Positions 20,553 to 28,922 of a DNA stretch of 64,000 nt are shown here, in pieces. Source of the stretch: Ruminococcus flavefaciens (GTDB lineage Bacteria; Bacteroidota; Bacteroidia; Bacteroidales; P3). The DNA lies in contig JAMPAI010000001.1 of the NCBI GenBank assembly GCA_023667315.1, positions 72,914 to 136,913 of the forward strand, in the 5' to 3' direction. How positions within the stretch are numbered: position 1 is the stretch's first letter; each line of letters starts with the position of its first letter. Under the pieces are notes generated by a model, which saw nothing but the letters and a program-made list of their open reading frames with translations, was not told the origin of the DNA and searched no databases. The position numbers and the translations under genes are program-made.

Positions 20553-22736
20553 TCTCCTTTTGCCGCCCCTCCTGGCCGGCGCGGGTGCCGGAATGGCCTC
20601 CCGCACAAACGAAAAGGTAAGCTGCTTCTTGTTCATGTCTATTTCCTGCACGCGTATCCTTACCGGCTGTCCCAGCATATAGGTCTGCCCCGTGTGCAGC
20701 CCCACCACGCGGTAGTTGTCTTCGTCCAGTTCGTAGTGGTCGTCGTTGAGCGAGCGCAGGGGAACCATGCCCTCGCAATAGTTCTCGTCCAGACAGACGT
20801 ACAGTCCCCACTTGCTCACGCCCGAGATGACGCCCGGGAACACCTGGCCCACCTTGTCGGAAAGGAATTCGGCCTGCTTGTATTTTACCGATGCCCTTTC
20901 GGCCTCGGCGGCGCGTTTCTCCATGTCCGAGCTATGCAGGCAGTATTCCTCGTACTCTTCCTGGTTCACGCTCTCGCCTCCGGAGAGATAGCGTTCCAAC
21001 AGGCGGTGAACCATCAGGTCGGGGTAGCGGCGTATGGGCGAGGTGAAGTGGGTGTAGAACGGGAACGACAGGCCGTAGTGCCCTATGTTCTGCGTGGAGT
21101 AGCAGGCCTTGGCCATCGTGCGGATGGCGATGCTCTCGATCATGTTCTGCTCCGCCTTGCCGTGTATGTCTTCCAGCAGGTTGTTGAACGACTTCACCAG
21201 TCCGGCGCGGGTCTTGAGGTTCATCTTGTAGCCTAATTTGCCCACGAACAGCGACAGCGCCGACACTTTTTCGGGATTGGGCTCGTCGTGCACGCGATAG
21301 ACGAAGGTCTTGGCCTTTTCCTTGCCGCGCACCTTGCCCACCCGCTCGGCCACGTACCGGTTGGCCAGCAGCATGAATTCCTCCACCAGATGGTTGCTTT
21401 CCTTGCTCTCCTTGATGTAAACGCCCAGGGGCTTGGCGGTTTCGGGTTCCAGTTTGAACCTCACCTCCCGCGAGTGGAAATTGATGGAGCCGGTCTTGAA
21501 CCGCCGCTCGCGCAGGATCTTGGAAAGCCTGAACATCTCGGTAACCGCCTCCGTGTCCTGTCTGGAATCGCGTTTTTTGGCGCCTGCCTTGGCCTCCGCC
21601 TTCGGAGCCGGGCTTGCCTTTGGGGCTTCGGCGGCCAGTCCCGCCTTCTCAATAATGGCCTGCGCCTCCTCGTAGGTGAACCGGCGGTCGGAGTGTATGA
21701 TGCCCCGGCCTATCCAGCAGTCGAGCACCTTGGCGTTTTCGTCCATCTCGAACACGGCGCTGAAGCAGAAGCGGTCCTGGTTAGGGTTGAGCGAGCAGAG
21801 GTCGTTGCACAGCCTTTCGGGCAGCATGGGGATGGTCCTGTCCACCAGATAGACCGAGGTGGCGCGCTCGTAGGCCTCGCGGTCGATGGGCGTGCCCGGC
21901 TTCACGAAATGGCTCACGTCGGCGATATGCACGCCGATCTCGGTGTTGCCGTTGGGCAGCTTGCGGTAGGAAAGGGCGTCGTCGAAGTCCTTGGCGTCGG
22001 CGGGGTCTATGGTGCAGGTGTAGATGTCGCGGAAATCGCGGCGTTCCTTCAGGTCTTTGGGCGTAACCTCCCCGCTCATCTTCTGTGCCTGGCGTATGGC
22101 TTCCTTGGGGTACTCGAGCGGAAAGTCGAACTCGGCCAGGATGCTCTGCATCTCCACGTTGTTGTCGCCGGGTTCGCCCAGCACCGCCGTAATCTCGCCG
22201 ATGGGGCTGTTGAGGTGCTGTGGCCAGCTTACGATACGCGCCACTGCCTTCTGTCCGGCCTTGGCGCCGTGCAGGGCGTCGGAGGGCAGCATCACGCTTA
22301 CGTTCATGTTCTGGCTGTCGGGCACCAGGTAGGCGTACTTGCCCTCGAATTCCACCGTGCCCACGATATTCTGCTTGTTGCGCTTGAGCACTTCGGTAAT
22401 CTGCCCCTCGATATGGCGCATGCTGCTCCGTTGCGGGAACACCAGCACCCGCACGTGGTCGCCGTGCAGGGCGTGCCCCACGTTGTTGGGCATGATCAGC
22501 ACGTCTTCCAGTTCCTTGTTGTCGGGCAGGATATAGGCCTTTCCGGTCGATTTCATGTCCACCGTACCGGTGATGTAGCTGCGCAGGCTTTCGGGGATGT
22601 GCCGGCGGCGGTTGTCCCGCTTGTCGCGGCTGCTTTGGCGTTGGCGCGAACCCTGGCGTCTGGCCTCGCGTTCGCCCTGTCTGTGTTTGGAAGAATTTCG
22701 TTTATTCGTTTTTCCTGAGTTTCTCTTTCTGGTCAT
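20547..22736 (-). CDS. rnr: ribonuclease R
   Basis: 729 aa. Basic N-terminus, RNB catalytic region (TIDPADAKDFDDALS, HYGLSFPFYTHFTSPIRRYPDL) and a C-terminal S1 domain. Confidence 0.93.
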   Translation of the reverse strand: MTRKRNSGKTNKRNSSKHRQGEREARRQGSRQRQSSRDKRDNRRRHIPESLRSYITGTVDMKSTGKAYILPDNKELEDVLIMPNNVGHALHGDHVRVLVFPQRSSMRHIEGQITEVLKRNKQNIVGTVEFEGKYAYLVPDSQNMNVSVMLPSDALHGAKAGQKAVARIVSWPQHLNSPIGEITAVLGEPGDNNVEMQSILAEFDFPLEYPKEAIRQAQKMSGEVTPKDLKERRDFRDIYTCTIDPADAKDFDDALSYRKLPNGNTEIGVHIADVSHFVKPGTPIDREAYERATSVYLVDRTIPMLPERLCNDLCSLNPNQDRFCFSAVFEMDENAKVLDCWIGRGIIHSDRRFTYEEAQAIIEKAGLAAEAPKASPAPKAEAKAGAKKRDSRQDTEAVTEMFRLSKILRERRFKTGSINFHSREVRFKLEPETAKPLGVYIKESKESNHLVEEFMLLANRYVAERVGKVRGKEKAKTFVYRVHDEPNPEKVSALSLFVGKLGYKMNLKTRAGLVKSFNNLLEDIHGKAEQNMIESIAIRTMAKACYSTQNIGHYGLSFPFYTHFTSPIRRYPDLMVHRLLERYLSGGESVNQEEYEEYCLHSSDMEKRAAEAERASVKYKQAEFLSDKVGQVFPGVISGVSKWGLYVCLDENYCEGMVPLRSLNDDHYELDEDNYRVVGLHTGQTYMLGQPVRIRVQEIDMNKKQLTFSFVREAIPAPAPARRGGKRRL

Positions 22737-22745
22737 TTTTACAAT

Positions 22746-23669
22746 TTAGATGATGCCGATAATGTCCTGTATGCGGACTAATTTCTGCCGGTCGCCGTAG
22801 GCTTGCAGCCCCTCGGCAACCTCTTGCGTTACGGCGGGGTTCACGAAGTTGGCGGTGCCTATCTCGATGGCGCTCGCCCCGGCCATGAGGAATTCCAGCG
22901 CGTCGGTGGTGCAGCGGATGCCGCCTATGCCGATAACGGGAATCCTGACCCGTTTGGCCACCTGCCACACCATGCGCAGGGCCACCGGCTTCACGCAGGG
23001 ACCCGACAGGCCGCCGGTCACGGTGCTCAGCACGGCCTTGCGTTTCTCCACATCCACAGCCATGCCCAATAGCGTGTTGATGAGCGAGACCGAGTCGGCG
23101 CCCGCGCCTTCCACGGCCTCGGCCATCGACGCGATGTCGGTGACGTTGGGCGAGAGCTTCACGATTATGCAGCGGTCGAAAGCCTTGCGTACCGCCGAGG
23201 TAACTTCGGCCGCCATGGCGGGCACCGTGCCGAAGGCCATGCCGCCCTGCTTTACGTTGGGGCAGGAAATGTTCACTTCGATCGCGTCCACTTCCGGGCA
23301 GGCATTCAGTTTCTGAGCCACTTCCACGTATTCGTCGATCGTGGAGCCCGACACGTTCACGATAAGGCGGGTGGGGATTTCCTGTGTGTAGTCGATTTTC
23401 TCCTTGATCTGCGGCAGGATGTGTTCGATGAGGTAATCGACCCCCTTGTTCTGAAGCCCCACGGCGTTGAGCATGCCCAGCGGGGTCTCGGCCATGCGCG
23501 GATAGGGATTGCCCTCGCGCGGAGTGGCCGTGGTGCCTTTCACCACGAAGCCGCCCAAGGCGTTCAGGTCCACGAAATCGCAGAATTCCAGACCATAGCC
23601 GAAAGTACCGGAGGCCGTGAGCACGGGGTTCTTGAGTTCCAGCGAGCCTATGTTCGTTCGAGTTTCCAT
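22746..23669 (-). CDS. pyrD: dihydroorotate dehydrogenase (class 1B) catalytic subunit
   Basis: ORF 22746-24380 trimmed to the ATG at 23669 (METRTNIGSLELKNPVLTASGTFGYG...). Motifs NISCPNV and GGLSGPCVKPVALR. Confidence 0.9.
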   Translation of the reverse strand: METRTNIGSLELKNPVLTASGTFGYGLEFCDFVDLNALGGFVVKGTTATPREGNPYPRMAETPLGMLNAVGLQNKGVDYLIEHILPQIKEKIDYTQEIPTRLIVNVSGSTIDEYVEVAQKLNACPEVDAIEVNISCPNVKQGGMAFGTVPAMAAEVTSAVRKAFDRCIIVKLSPNVTDIASMAEAVEGAGADSVSLINTLLGMAVDVEKRKAVLSTVTGGLSGPCVKPVALRMVWQVAKRVRIPVIGIGGIRCTTDALEFLMAGASAIEIGTANFVNPAVTQEVAEGLQAYGDRQKLVRIQDIIGII

Positions 23670-23680
23670 AAGATGCGAGA

Positions 23681-24466
23681 TTACCAGCCGAGCTTGCGGC
23701 TGTCGAATACCGGGCCTTCGGTGCAGACGCAGGTGTTGTGTCCGTCGGCCATGGGGGTTACGCAGCACAGGCAGGCGCCCAGGCCGCAGGCCATCGTGTT
23801 CTCGAGACTCACCTGACAGTATGTGCCTTTTTCCGCAGCCTTCCGTGCCACGGCCTTCATCATGGGCGTGGGGCCGCAGGTATAGACGAGGCTTATGTTC
23901 GCCTCTTTCCACAGCGGATGTTCTGTCACCAGGCCCTTGAATCCTTGCGAGCCGTCTTCGGTGCATATTTCGAGCGGGGCCATCCGCGCCAGTTCTTCGG
24001 TAAGCGCCAGACGTTCCCTGATTCTGGCTCCTGTCAGGAAGCGGAACGGCAGGTTCCATTCCTTGAGCCGGATGCCGAGGTAATACAGGGGAGCGATGCC
24101 GCAACCGCCGCCAACCAGCAGGATTTCGGAGCCGTTTGCCGTGTTTTCCTGCGGCAGCGCGAAGCCTTGTCCGAGCGGCAGCACGAGGTTCACCTTCCCG
24201 CCTTCCTGCAAGGCGGCAATTTTCCGGGAGCCGTCGCCCACCTTCTGCACCAGGAGCCATACCTGCCCCTTGGCGGCGTCGGCGAAATGAACGGAGACGG
24301 GAATGCGCAGCCATCCGTGAACCGAAGAAGGTATCTGTACTTGCACAAACTGCCCGGGAGCAATCTCGGGCAGTTCGCAATCCGCCTGTAACGACAGACG
24401 GGTGAAGTTATAGCCCAACGCTTCGTTGCGCTGCACTATAAAATCAACTATTTTCTTGTTTTTCAA
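23681..24466 (-). CDS. pyrK: dihydroorotate dehydrogenase electron-transfer subunit
   Basis: 261 aa. FAD/NAD-binding fold and a C-terminal 2Fe-2S Cys cluster (MACGLGACLCCV...CVCTEGPVF). Confidence 0.88.
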   Translation of the reverse strand: MKNKKIVDFIVQRNEALGYNFTRLSLQADCELPEIAPGQFVQVQIPSSVHGWLRIPVSVHFADAAKGQVWLLVQKVGDGSRKIAALQEGGKVNLVLPLGQGFALPQENTANGSEILLVGGGCGIAPLYYLGIRLKEWNLPFRFLTGARIRERLALTEELARMAPLEICTEDGSQGFKGLVTEHPLWKEANISLVYTCGPTPMMKAVARKAAEKGTYCQVSLENTMACGLGACLCCVTPMADGHNTCVCTEGPVFDSRKLGW

Positions 24467-24487
24467 TATGCTGTTGTTTCTGTCGGC

Positions 24488-25156
24488 TTATTTCGCGCTG
24501 GCCGAAGTTTTCTTAACCGTGGCTTTTGTCTTGGTGGAACCTGCGGCGGCAGCGGCCTTGGGTTTCGCGGCGGCTTTGGCGGCCGGTTTGGCCGTGCTCT
24601 TGGCGGCTTTTTCGGCGGCGGGCTTGGCGGCGGCCTTAGGTTCGGCTTTCTTGGCCTTGGCAGCCGGTTTGGCGGCGGTCTTGGCCGGCTTCTCTTCGGC
24701 TTCCTTGGCTTCGGCCGCTTCTTCGGCCTCGTGCTGCGCCAGACCCTCTATCTGCGCCTTTTCGCGTTCGGAAAGTTCCTGATCCACCAGGTTGTTGTCG
24801 ATCAAAAGGTTGTACCAGGCCAACACTTTCTTGATATTGCTGTCGTACACGTGTTCGGTGTCGAAATCGGGCACGAACTGTGCGAAGTACTCCTTCAGGT
24901 TCTTGATCTGTGCCGGTTCCTGCGCCTTCTTGCCGTCCAGGGCCTTGTGCATGGCGCGGAAAACGTTGGGCAGGCTCATCTTGCCGTCCTGGGTGTAGAT
25001 GGCTATCTCGGCCAGGGAGCTGACTTTCTCCAGCCCGAAGACGGGCATCCGCTTTTTGTCTTGCAGGCTTTCAACAATAGCCGATACCTTGCTCTGGCTA
25101 ACCAGCCTGTAGAGCGACGGCTTGGTAGGAATCGTAAGGATTTTTTCTAAGTCCAT
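24488..25156 (-). CDS. DUF5606-like protein with a histone H1-like Ala/Lys/Pro-rich C-terminal tail
   Basis: ORF 24488-25273 trimmed to the ATG at 25156 (MDLEKILTIPTKPSLYRLVSQSK...). The DUF5606 assignment is from memory of that family. The tail reads AKPAAKAKKAEPKAAAKPAAEKAAK... Confidence 0.65.
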   Translation of the reverse strand: MDLEKILTIPTKPSLYRLVSQSKVSAIVESLQDKKRMPVFGLEKVSSLAEIAIYTQDGKMSLPNVFRAMHKALDGKKAQEPAQIKNLKEYFAQFVPDFDTEHVYDSNIKKVLAWYNLLIDNNLVDQELSEREKAQIEGLAQHEAEEAAEAKEAEEKPAKTAAKPAAKAKKAEPKAAAKPAAEKAAKSTAKPAAKAAAKPKAAAAAGSTKTKATVKKTSASAK

Positions 25157-25177
25157 CTTTATCGAAATTGGTGAGGG

Positions 25178-25185
25178 CAAATTTA
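25178..25185 (-). promoter_or_regulatory. -7 box TAaaTTTG upstream of the DUF5606-like gene
   Basis: Minus strand reads gtTAAATTTGccctc, 21 nt upstream of the ATG at 25156. Confidence 0.5.
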
Positions 25186-25198
25186 ACTCTTTTTTATA

Positions 25199-25320
25199 AA
25201 AACGATTTAGGCGGATGAGATGCAAGACGGAAGCCTCAGGAACGCGCGGGAGCGTACAGAAGTACGTGGCCAAGCGAGCCTAAGGCTTCCAACGCGGCAG
25301 CTCGCCGCCTAATTCGTTTT
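25199..25320. repeat. copy A of a 90-nt GC-rich element enclosed by a 16-bp inverted repeat that includes the deoC stop codon
   Basis: The arms at 25199-25214 and 25305-25320 match 15/16. The 90-nt interior contains the mini-hairpin cgtac-agaa-gtacg. It is homologous by eye to 32208-32297. Confidence 0.75.
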
Positions 25321-26103
25321 GGAGGCGGTGTAGAGCGCGTCGGCCAGGCGGCTGGCGCCGATACGGAAAAGCGAGGGGTTCATCCATTTCTCGCCCAGGA
25401 TCTGATACACCAGCTTGAAGTAGGGGATGGCGCCTTCCACCGAGGAGATGCCGCCGGCGGGCTTGATGCCCACGATACGGCCCTGCGCCGCGTAGCGTTC
25501 AATCACCTTCAGCATTACGTAAAAGGCTTCCGTGGTGGCCGAAACCGAGGTCTTTCCGGTGGAGGTCTTGATGAAGTCGGCGCCGTTGTCGATGGCGATG
25601 CACGAGGCCTTCTCGATATTGTCGGGCGTGTTCAGGTTGCCCGTTTCCAGAATCACCTTCAGGTGCGCCTTGCCGCAGCATTCCTTGATGGCCTTCACCT
25701 CGTCGCCCACGCGTTTGTAGTCGCCTTCCAGGAACGCGCCCTGCGAGATCACCATGTCGATTTCGTCCGCGCCGTCCTTCAGGGTCTGTTCCACCTCGAA
25801 CAGCTTGGTCCTGAGCGGCAGCTGCGAGGCCGGGAAACCGCCCGCCACGCAAGCGGTCTGGATCTTGGTGCCTTCCAGGTTCTTCTTTACCTGCGCGGCA
25901 TAATAAGGATACACGCAGACGGCAGCCGTGCCGTAGTCCTTGGCCTTCTGGCAGAGGTCATCGACCCGTTTTTGGGTGTCGGTGCCGTCGAGTGTGGTGA
26001 GGTCGATAAACGACAGCATCCTGGCGCACATTTCCTTTTCGGAGAACGGCACCGGTTTGGCCAGCAGGGCGGCCACTTCTTTCTGAACGTCTTCTATAGT
26101 CAT
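25309..26103 (-). CDS. deoC: deoxyribose-phosphate aldolase
   Basis: 264 aa. IDLTTLDG, DMVI, and the Schiff-base Lys context FIKTSTGK. Confidence 0.9.
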   Translation of the reverse strand: MTIEDVQKEVAALLAKPVPFSEKEMCARMLSFIDLTTLDGTDTQKRVDDLCQKAKDYGTAAVCVYPYYAAQVKKNLEGTKIQTACVAGGFPASQLPLRTKLFEVEQTLKDGADEIDMVISQGAFLEGDYKRVGDEVKAIKECCGKAHLKVILETGNLNTPDNIEKASCIAIDNGADFIKTSTGKTSVSATTEAFYVMLKVIERYAAQGRIVGIKPAGGISSVEGAIPYFKLVYQILGEKWMNPSLFRIGASRLADALYTASKTN

Positions 26104-26106
26104 GGT

Positions 26107-27471
26107 CTATTGGTTTTCCGTGTTTTTCTCCAGCCACAGCATCCGGAAACTCTTTTGGTTGAAGTCGGGAAATTCCTTTTGCTGGCCGAATCTTTTCTTA
26201 AAGTGAAGTTTCATCGAGAAACGGCTCACGGGCGATTGCAGCGACTTGGTCTTGAGCAGCATCCGCTTGAGGGTCTTCATCTGCTTGCGCTCGATCGCGA
26301 AGAAGGCGTCGCCCTCCACCGATTCCTTGCGGTTAAACAGGATCAGTTCCTGAAAGTTGATGCCGGAAGGGCACACCTCGCTGCACTTGCCGCAAAGGGT
26401 GCAGGCGAAAGGCAGGAAGCCGCTTTCCCTGAAACCGTGCTTGATGGGGTCCACCACGCAGTTGAGGGGGCCGGCGAGCGGCATCCCGTCGAAGGTGTTC
26501 ACGTATTTGAACACCGGGCAGAGCGCCGTGCAGGCCTGGCAGTGGATGCAGTTGAGCACACTCCGCTGGTTCTTTTTCTTGAGCACGTCCGTGCGGCCGT
26601 CGTCCACCAGGATCAGGTAGAACTCGTCGGGACCGTCCATCTCGCCCGGCTGCCGGGGGCCGCGCAGCAGCAGCTGGCTCCAGGCGTAGGCCTGGCCGTG
26701 GGCGTGGGCGGAAAGCATGCAGGTAAAGTATTCCAGCTCGTTGAGCGAGGGCACCAGGCTGTCGATGCCCGCCACCACGATATGGGTCTTGCAGAACGAC
26801 ACCGGCAGGGTGTGGGTGCCCTCGTTCTCGAGCAGCACCACGCAGCCGGGGTCGCACACCAGGAAGTCGGCGCCCGTAAGCGCCACCGCGTTGCCGAACA
26901 TCTCGTTCACGAGCTTGCGTTTCTTGAGCGAGAGCACGTCTTCGGCCTTCACCGCCTTCTTGGCGTCTTCGGCCTTCCCGTCCGAGAGCTCGTTCATCCT
27001 CAGCTCGTCCTGCAGGCGGTGCAGAACCTTGTCTTTGGGTTCGGGCAGTATGTTGTACGGAAAATAGCTCGGACCCACCTGCTGCAGGTTCATCTTCCGG
27101 CCTTTGAGCGAACGGGTCAGCCCCATCTGGTCCAGACACTCGTTCTTGCTCAGGAAAACCTTCTGCGAGGGCTTCACGATGTTGGCGATCTCGCGTGCCA
27201 CGTCTTCCACCGTCTCGGCGTAGAGCACCTTGGCGCCCGAAGCCGACAGGTTCTGCTCGAGGGCGATCAGATAGTCGGGCAGGCCCGCCATCACCTTGTT
27301 CTTGTAGAAAGCGATCCGCTCCCGCAGCGAGTTGTAACGCGAAAAGTAGTTCTTGGCGTCCAGGGCGTTCTTCTCGTAATACTCGCTCACCGCCTCGAAA
27401 AGGGGCGACTCGTCCTTCTTCCGCATATTCTCGGAAACCTTACGTAGAAAAACCTGCCTGTAGAAGTCCAT
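26107..27471 (-). CDS. LUD-domain / 4Fe-4S cluster protein (LutB-like)
   Basis: 454 aa. Two ferredoxin-type motifs (CIHCQACTALCP, CTLCGKCSEVCP) after an LUD/DUF162-like region. Confidence 0.78.
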   Translation of the reverse strand: MDFYRQVFLRKVSENMRKKDESPLFEAVSEYYEKNALDAKNYFSRYNSLRERIAFYKNKVMAGLPDYLIALEQNLSASGAKVLYAETVEDVAREIANIVKPSQKVFLSKNECLDQMGLTRSLKGRKMNLQQVGPSYFPYNILPEPKDKVLHRLQDELRMNELSDGKAEDAKKAVKAEDVLSLKKRKLVNEMFGNAVALTGADFLVCDPGCVVLLENEGTHTLPVSFCKTHIVVAGIDSLVPSLNELEYFTCMLSAHAHGQAYAWSQLLLRGPRQPGEMDGPDEFYLILVDDGRTDVLKKKNQRSVLNCIHCQACTALCPVFKYVNTFDGMPLAGPLNCVVDPIKHGFRESGFLPFACTLCGKCSEVCPSGINFQELILFNRKESVEGDAFFAIERKQMKTLKRMLLKTKSLQSPVSRFSMKLHFKKRFGQQKEFPDFNQKSFRMLWLEKNTENQ

Positions 27472-27483
27472 GGTGGCCTGAGG

Positions 27484-27927
27484 TTAAAGGTCTATCTTGT
27501 CGATCCGCCGCTGGTGCCGCCCGCCTTCGAACCCGGTGGAGAAGAAGGCGCGCACCGTTTCCAGGGCTTCCTCCTTGGAGATGAAGCGTCCCGGCATGGC
27601 CAGTATGTTGGCGTTGTTGTGTTGGCGCGACAGTTTCGCTATCTCGCGCATCCAGCACAGGGCGCAGCGCACGTGCGGGTGCTTGTTGGCCGAGATGGAG
27701 ATGCCGACCCCCGAACCGCAGATGAGGATGCCGAACGGCAGGCGGCCGTCCTGGATTTCCTGCGCCACCGCGTGGGCGAAATCGGGATAGTCCACGCTCT
27801 CGGGGCCGTTCGTGCCGAAGTCCTTGAAGCGGAAGCCTTCCTTGCCCAACACCTCCTTGAGGTATTCCTTGAGTTCGAAACCGGCATGGTCGCAGCCGAT
27901 GCCGACGGTCATATCCTTGCTGAACAT
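27484..27927 (-). CDS. rpiB: ribose 5-phosphate isomerase B
   Basis: 147 aa. GIGCDHAGFELK and ICGSGVGISISANKHPHVRCA. Confidence 0.9.
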   Translation of the reverse strand: MFSKDMTVGIGCDHAGFELKEYLKEVLGKEGFRFKDFGTNGPESVDYPDFAHAVAQEIQDGRLPFGILICGSGVGISISANKHPHVRCALCWMREIAKLSRQHNNANILAMPGRFISKEEALETVRAFFSTGFEGGRHQRRIDKIDL

Positions 27928-27957
27928 ATTGCCAAAACTTTAGGTATGAAAACTTCG

Positions 27958-27965
27958 CGAAGTTA
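27958..27965 (-). promoter_or_regulatory. -7 box variant TAacTTCG upstream of rpiB, inside the 14-bp palindrome aacttcgcgaagtt
   Basis: Minus strand reads ttaTTAACTTCGcgaag. The palindrome is at 27951-27964. Confidence 0.4.
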
Positions 27966-28168
27966 ATAAGAAAGTGTTTTGATTCGTTACAAAAGGGCTT
28001 GGAATGGGCAAAAAAATTGCGGTCGGGAACGGAAAAAGGCCGGGGTTGCGGCAACATATCAACAACTTATCAACAGGTGTTGATAAACAAAATAGTTGAT
28101 TGTCAGATGTTTGTACGAAAACCGTAAAAAATACCTGGGGAAATGTAGGCGGTTTCAAAAAACTTGTC

Positions 28169-28176
28169 TATCTTTG
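28169..28176 (+). promoter_or_regulatory. -7 box TAtcTTTG upstream of rplU
   Basis: acttgtcTATCTTTGcgcc, 29 nt upstream of the ATG at 28206. Confidence 0.55.
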
Positions 28177-28205
28177 CGCCCCTAATTGAGAAAAAACGTT
28201 TAGTC

Positions 28206-28514
28206 ATGTACGCTATTGTAGATATAGCCGGCCAGCAGTTGAAGGTTGAAGAAAACCAGAAGGTTATCGTGAACCGCCTGGAAGCCGCCGAAGGCGACAA
28301 GGTTGAATTCGAAAAGGTGTTGTTGAAAGACAACAACGGTCAGGTTGAAGTGGGTACGCCCGTGGTTTCGGGAGCCAAGGTAACCGCCAAGGTGTTGGGT
28401 CACCTCAAGGGCGACAAGGTTACCATCTTCAAGAAGAAGAGAAGGAAAGGCTATCAGAAGAGAACCGGTTTCCGCGCTTCCCTCACCCAGATCCAAATCG
28501 AAAAGATCGCCTAA
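28206..28514 (+). CDS. rplU: 50S ribosomal protein L21
   Basis: ORF 28164-28514 trimmed to MYAIVDIAGQQLKVEENQKV. Confidence 0.93.
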   Translation: MYAIVDIAGQQLKVEENQKVIVNRLEAAEGDKVEFEKVLLKDNNGQVEVGTPVVSGAKVTAKVLGHLKGDKVTIFKKKRRKGYQKRTGFRASLTQIQIEKIA

Positions 28515-28561
28515 GTTGCAGGCACAGTAAACGGAGTAGAAATTTTTAACAGAATAAGACA

Positions 28562-28825
28562 ATGGCACATAAGAAAGGTGTCGGTAGTTCCGATAACGGT
28601 CGTGAATCAGAAAGCAAGCGCTTGGGCGTTAAAATCTTTGGCGGACAGGCCGTAACCGCCGGCAATATCATTATTCGCCAACGTGGAACCAAATACCATC
28701 CCGGTCAGAACGTGGGCATGGGCAAAGACCATACCCTGTTCGCCCTGGTGAACGGTACGGTTGCCTTTAAACGCAAAAGAGACACTGGACGTCCGTTCGT
28801 ATCGGTGGTTCCCGCAGAAAGCTAA
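28562..28825 (+). CDS. rpmA: 50S ribosomal protein L27
   Basis: 87 aa. [24 protein letters not shown]. Confidence 0.95.
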   Translation: MAHKKGVGSSDNGRESESKRLGVKIFGGQAVTAGNIIIRQRGTKYHPGQNVGMGKDHTLFALVNGTVAFKRKRDTGRPFVSVVPAES

Positions 28826-28854
28826 GAGTTTTCATAGTTTTAGTTATAGTGATG

Positions 28855-28881
28855 GGGGTGTCCTTTTGGGGCACCCTTTTT
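28855..28881 (+). terminator. rho-independent terminator after rpmA
   Basis: gggggtgtcc-tttt-ggggcaccc followed by ttttt. Confidence 0.65.
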
Positions 28882-28922
28882 CATATACCGGACTCTCGTA
28901 AACTTGCTTATGTTGCAAATTG

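Noticed and set aside
23670-24380. Upstream 236-aa extension of the pyrD ORF (22746-24380), which would make a 544-aa protein.
   Set aside because: The extension overlaps pyrK in another frame and is Arg/Pro/Gly-rich. PyrD homology begins at METRTNIGSLELKNPVL (ATG 23669).
28056-28099. Chromosomal replication origin (oriC) based on DnaA-box-like TTATCAACA repeats.
   Set aside because: There are only 3-4 boxes, each with a mismatch to the consensus. No dnaA or dnaN gene is nearby and there is no clear AT-rich 13-mer unwinding element. The cluster is kept only as a possible operator in the findings.
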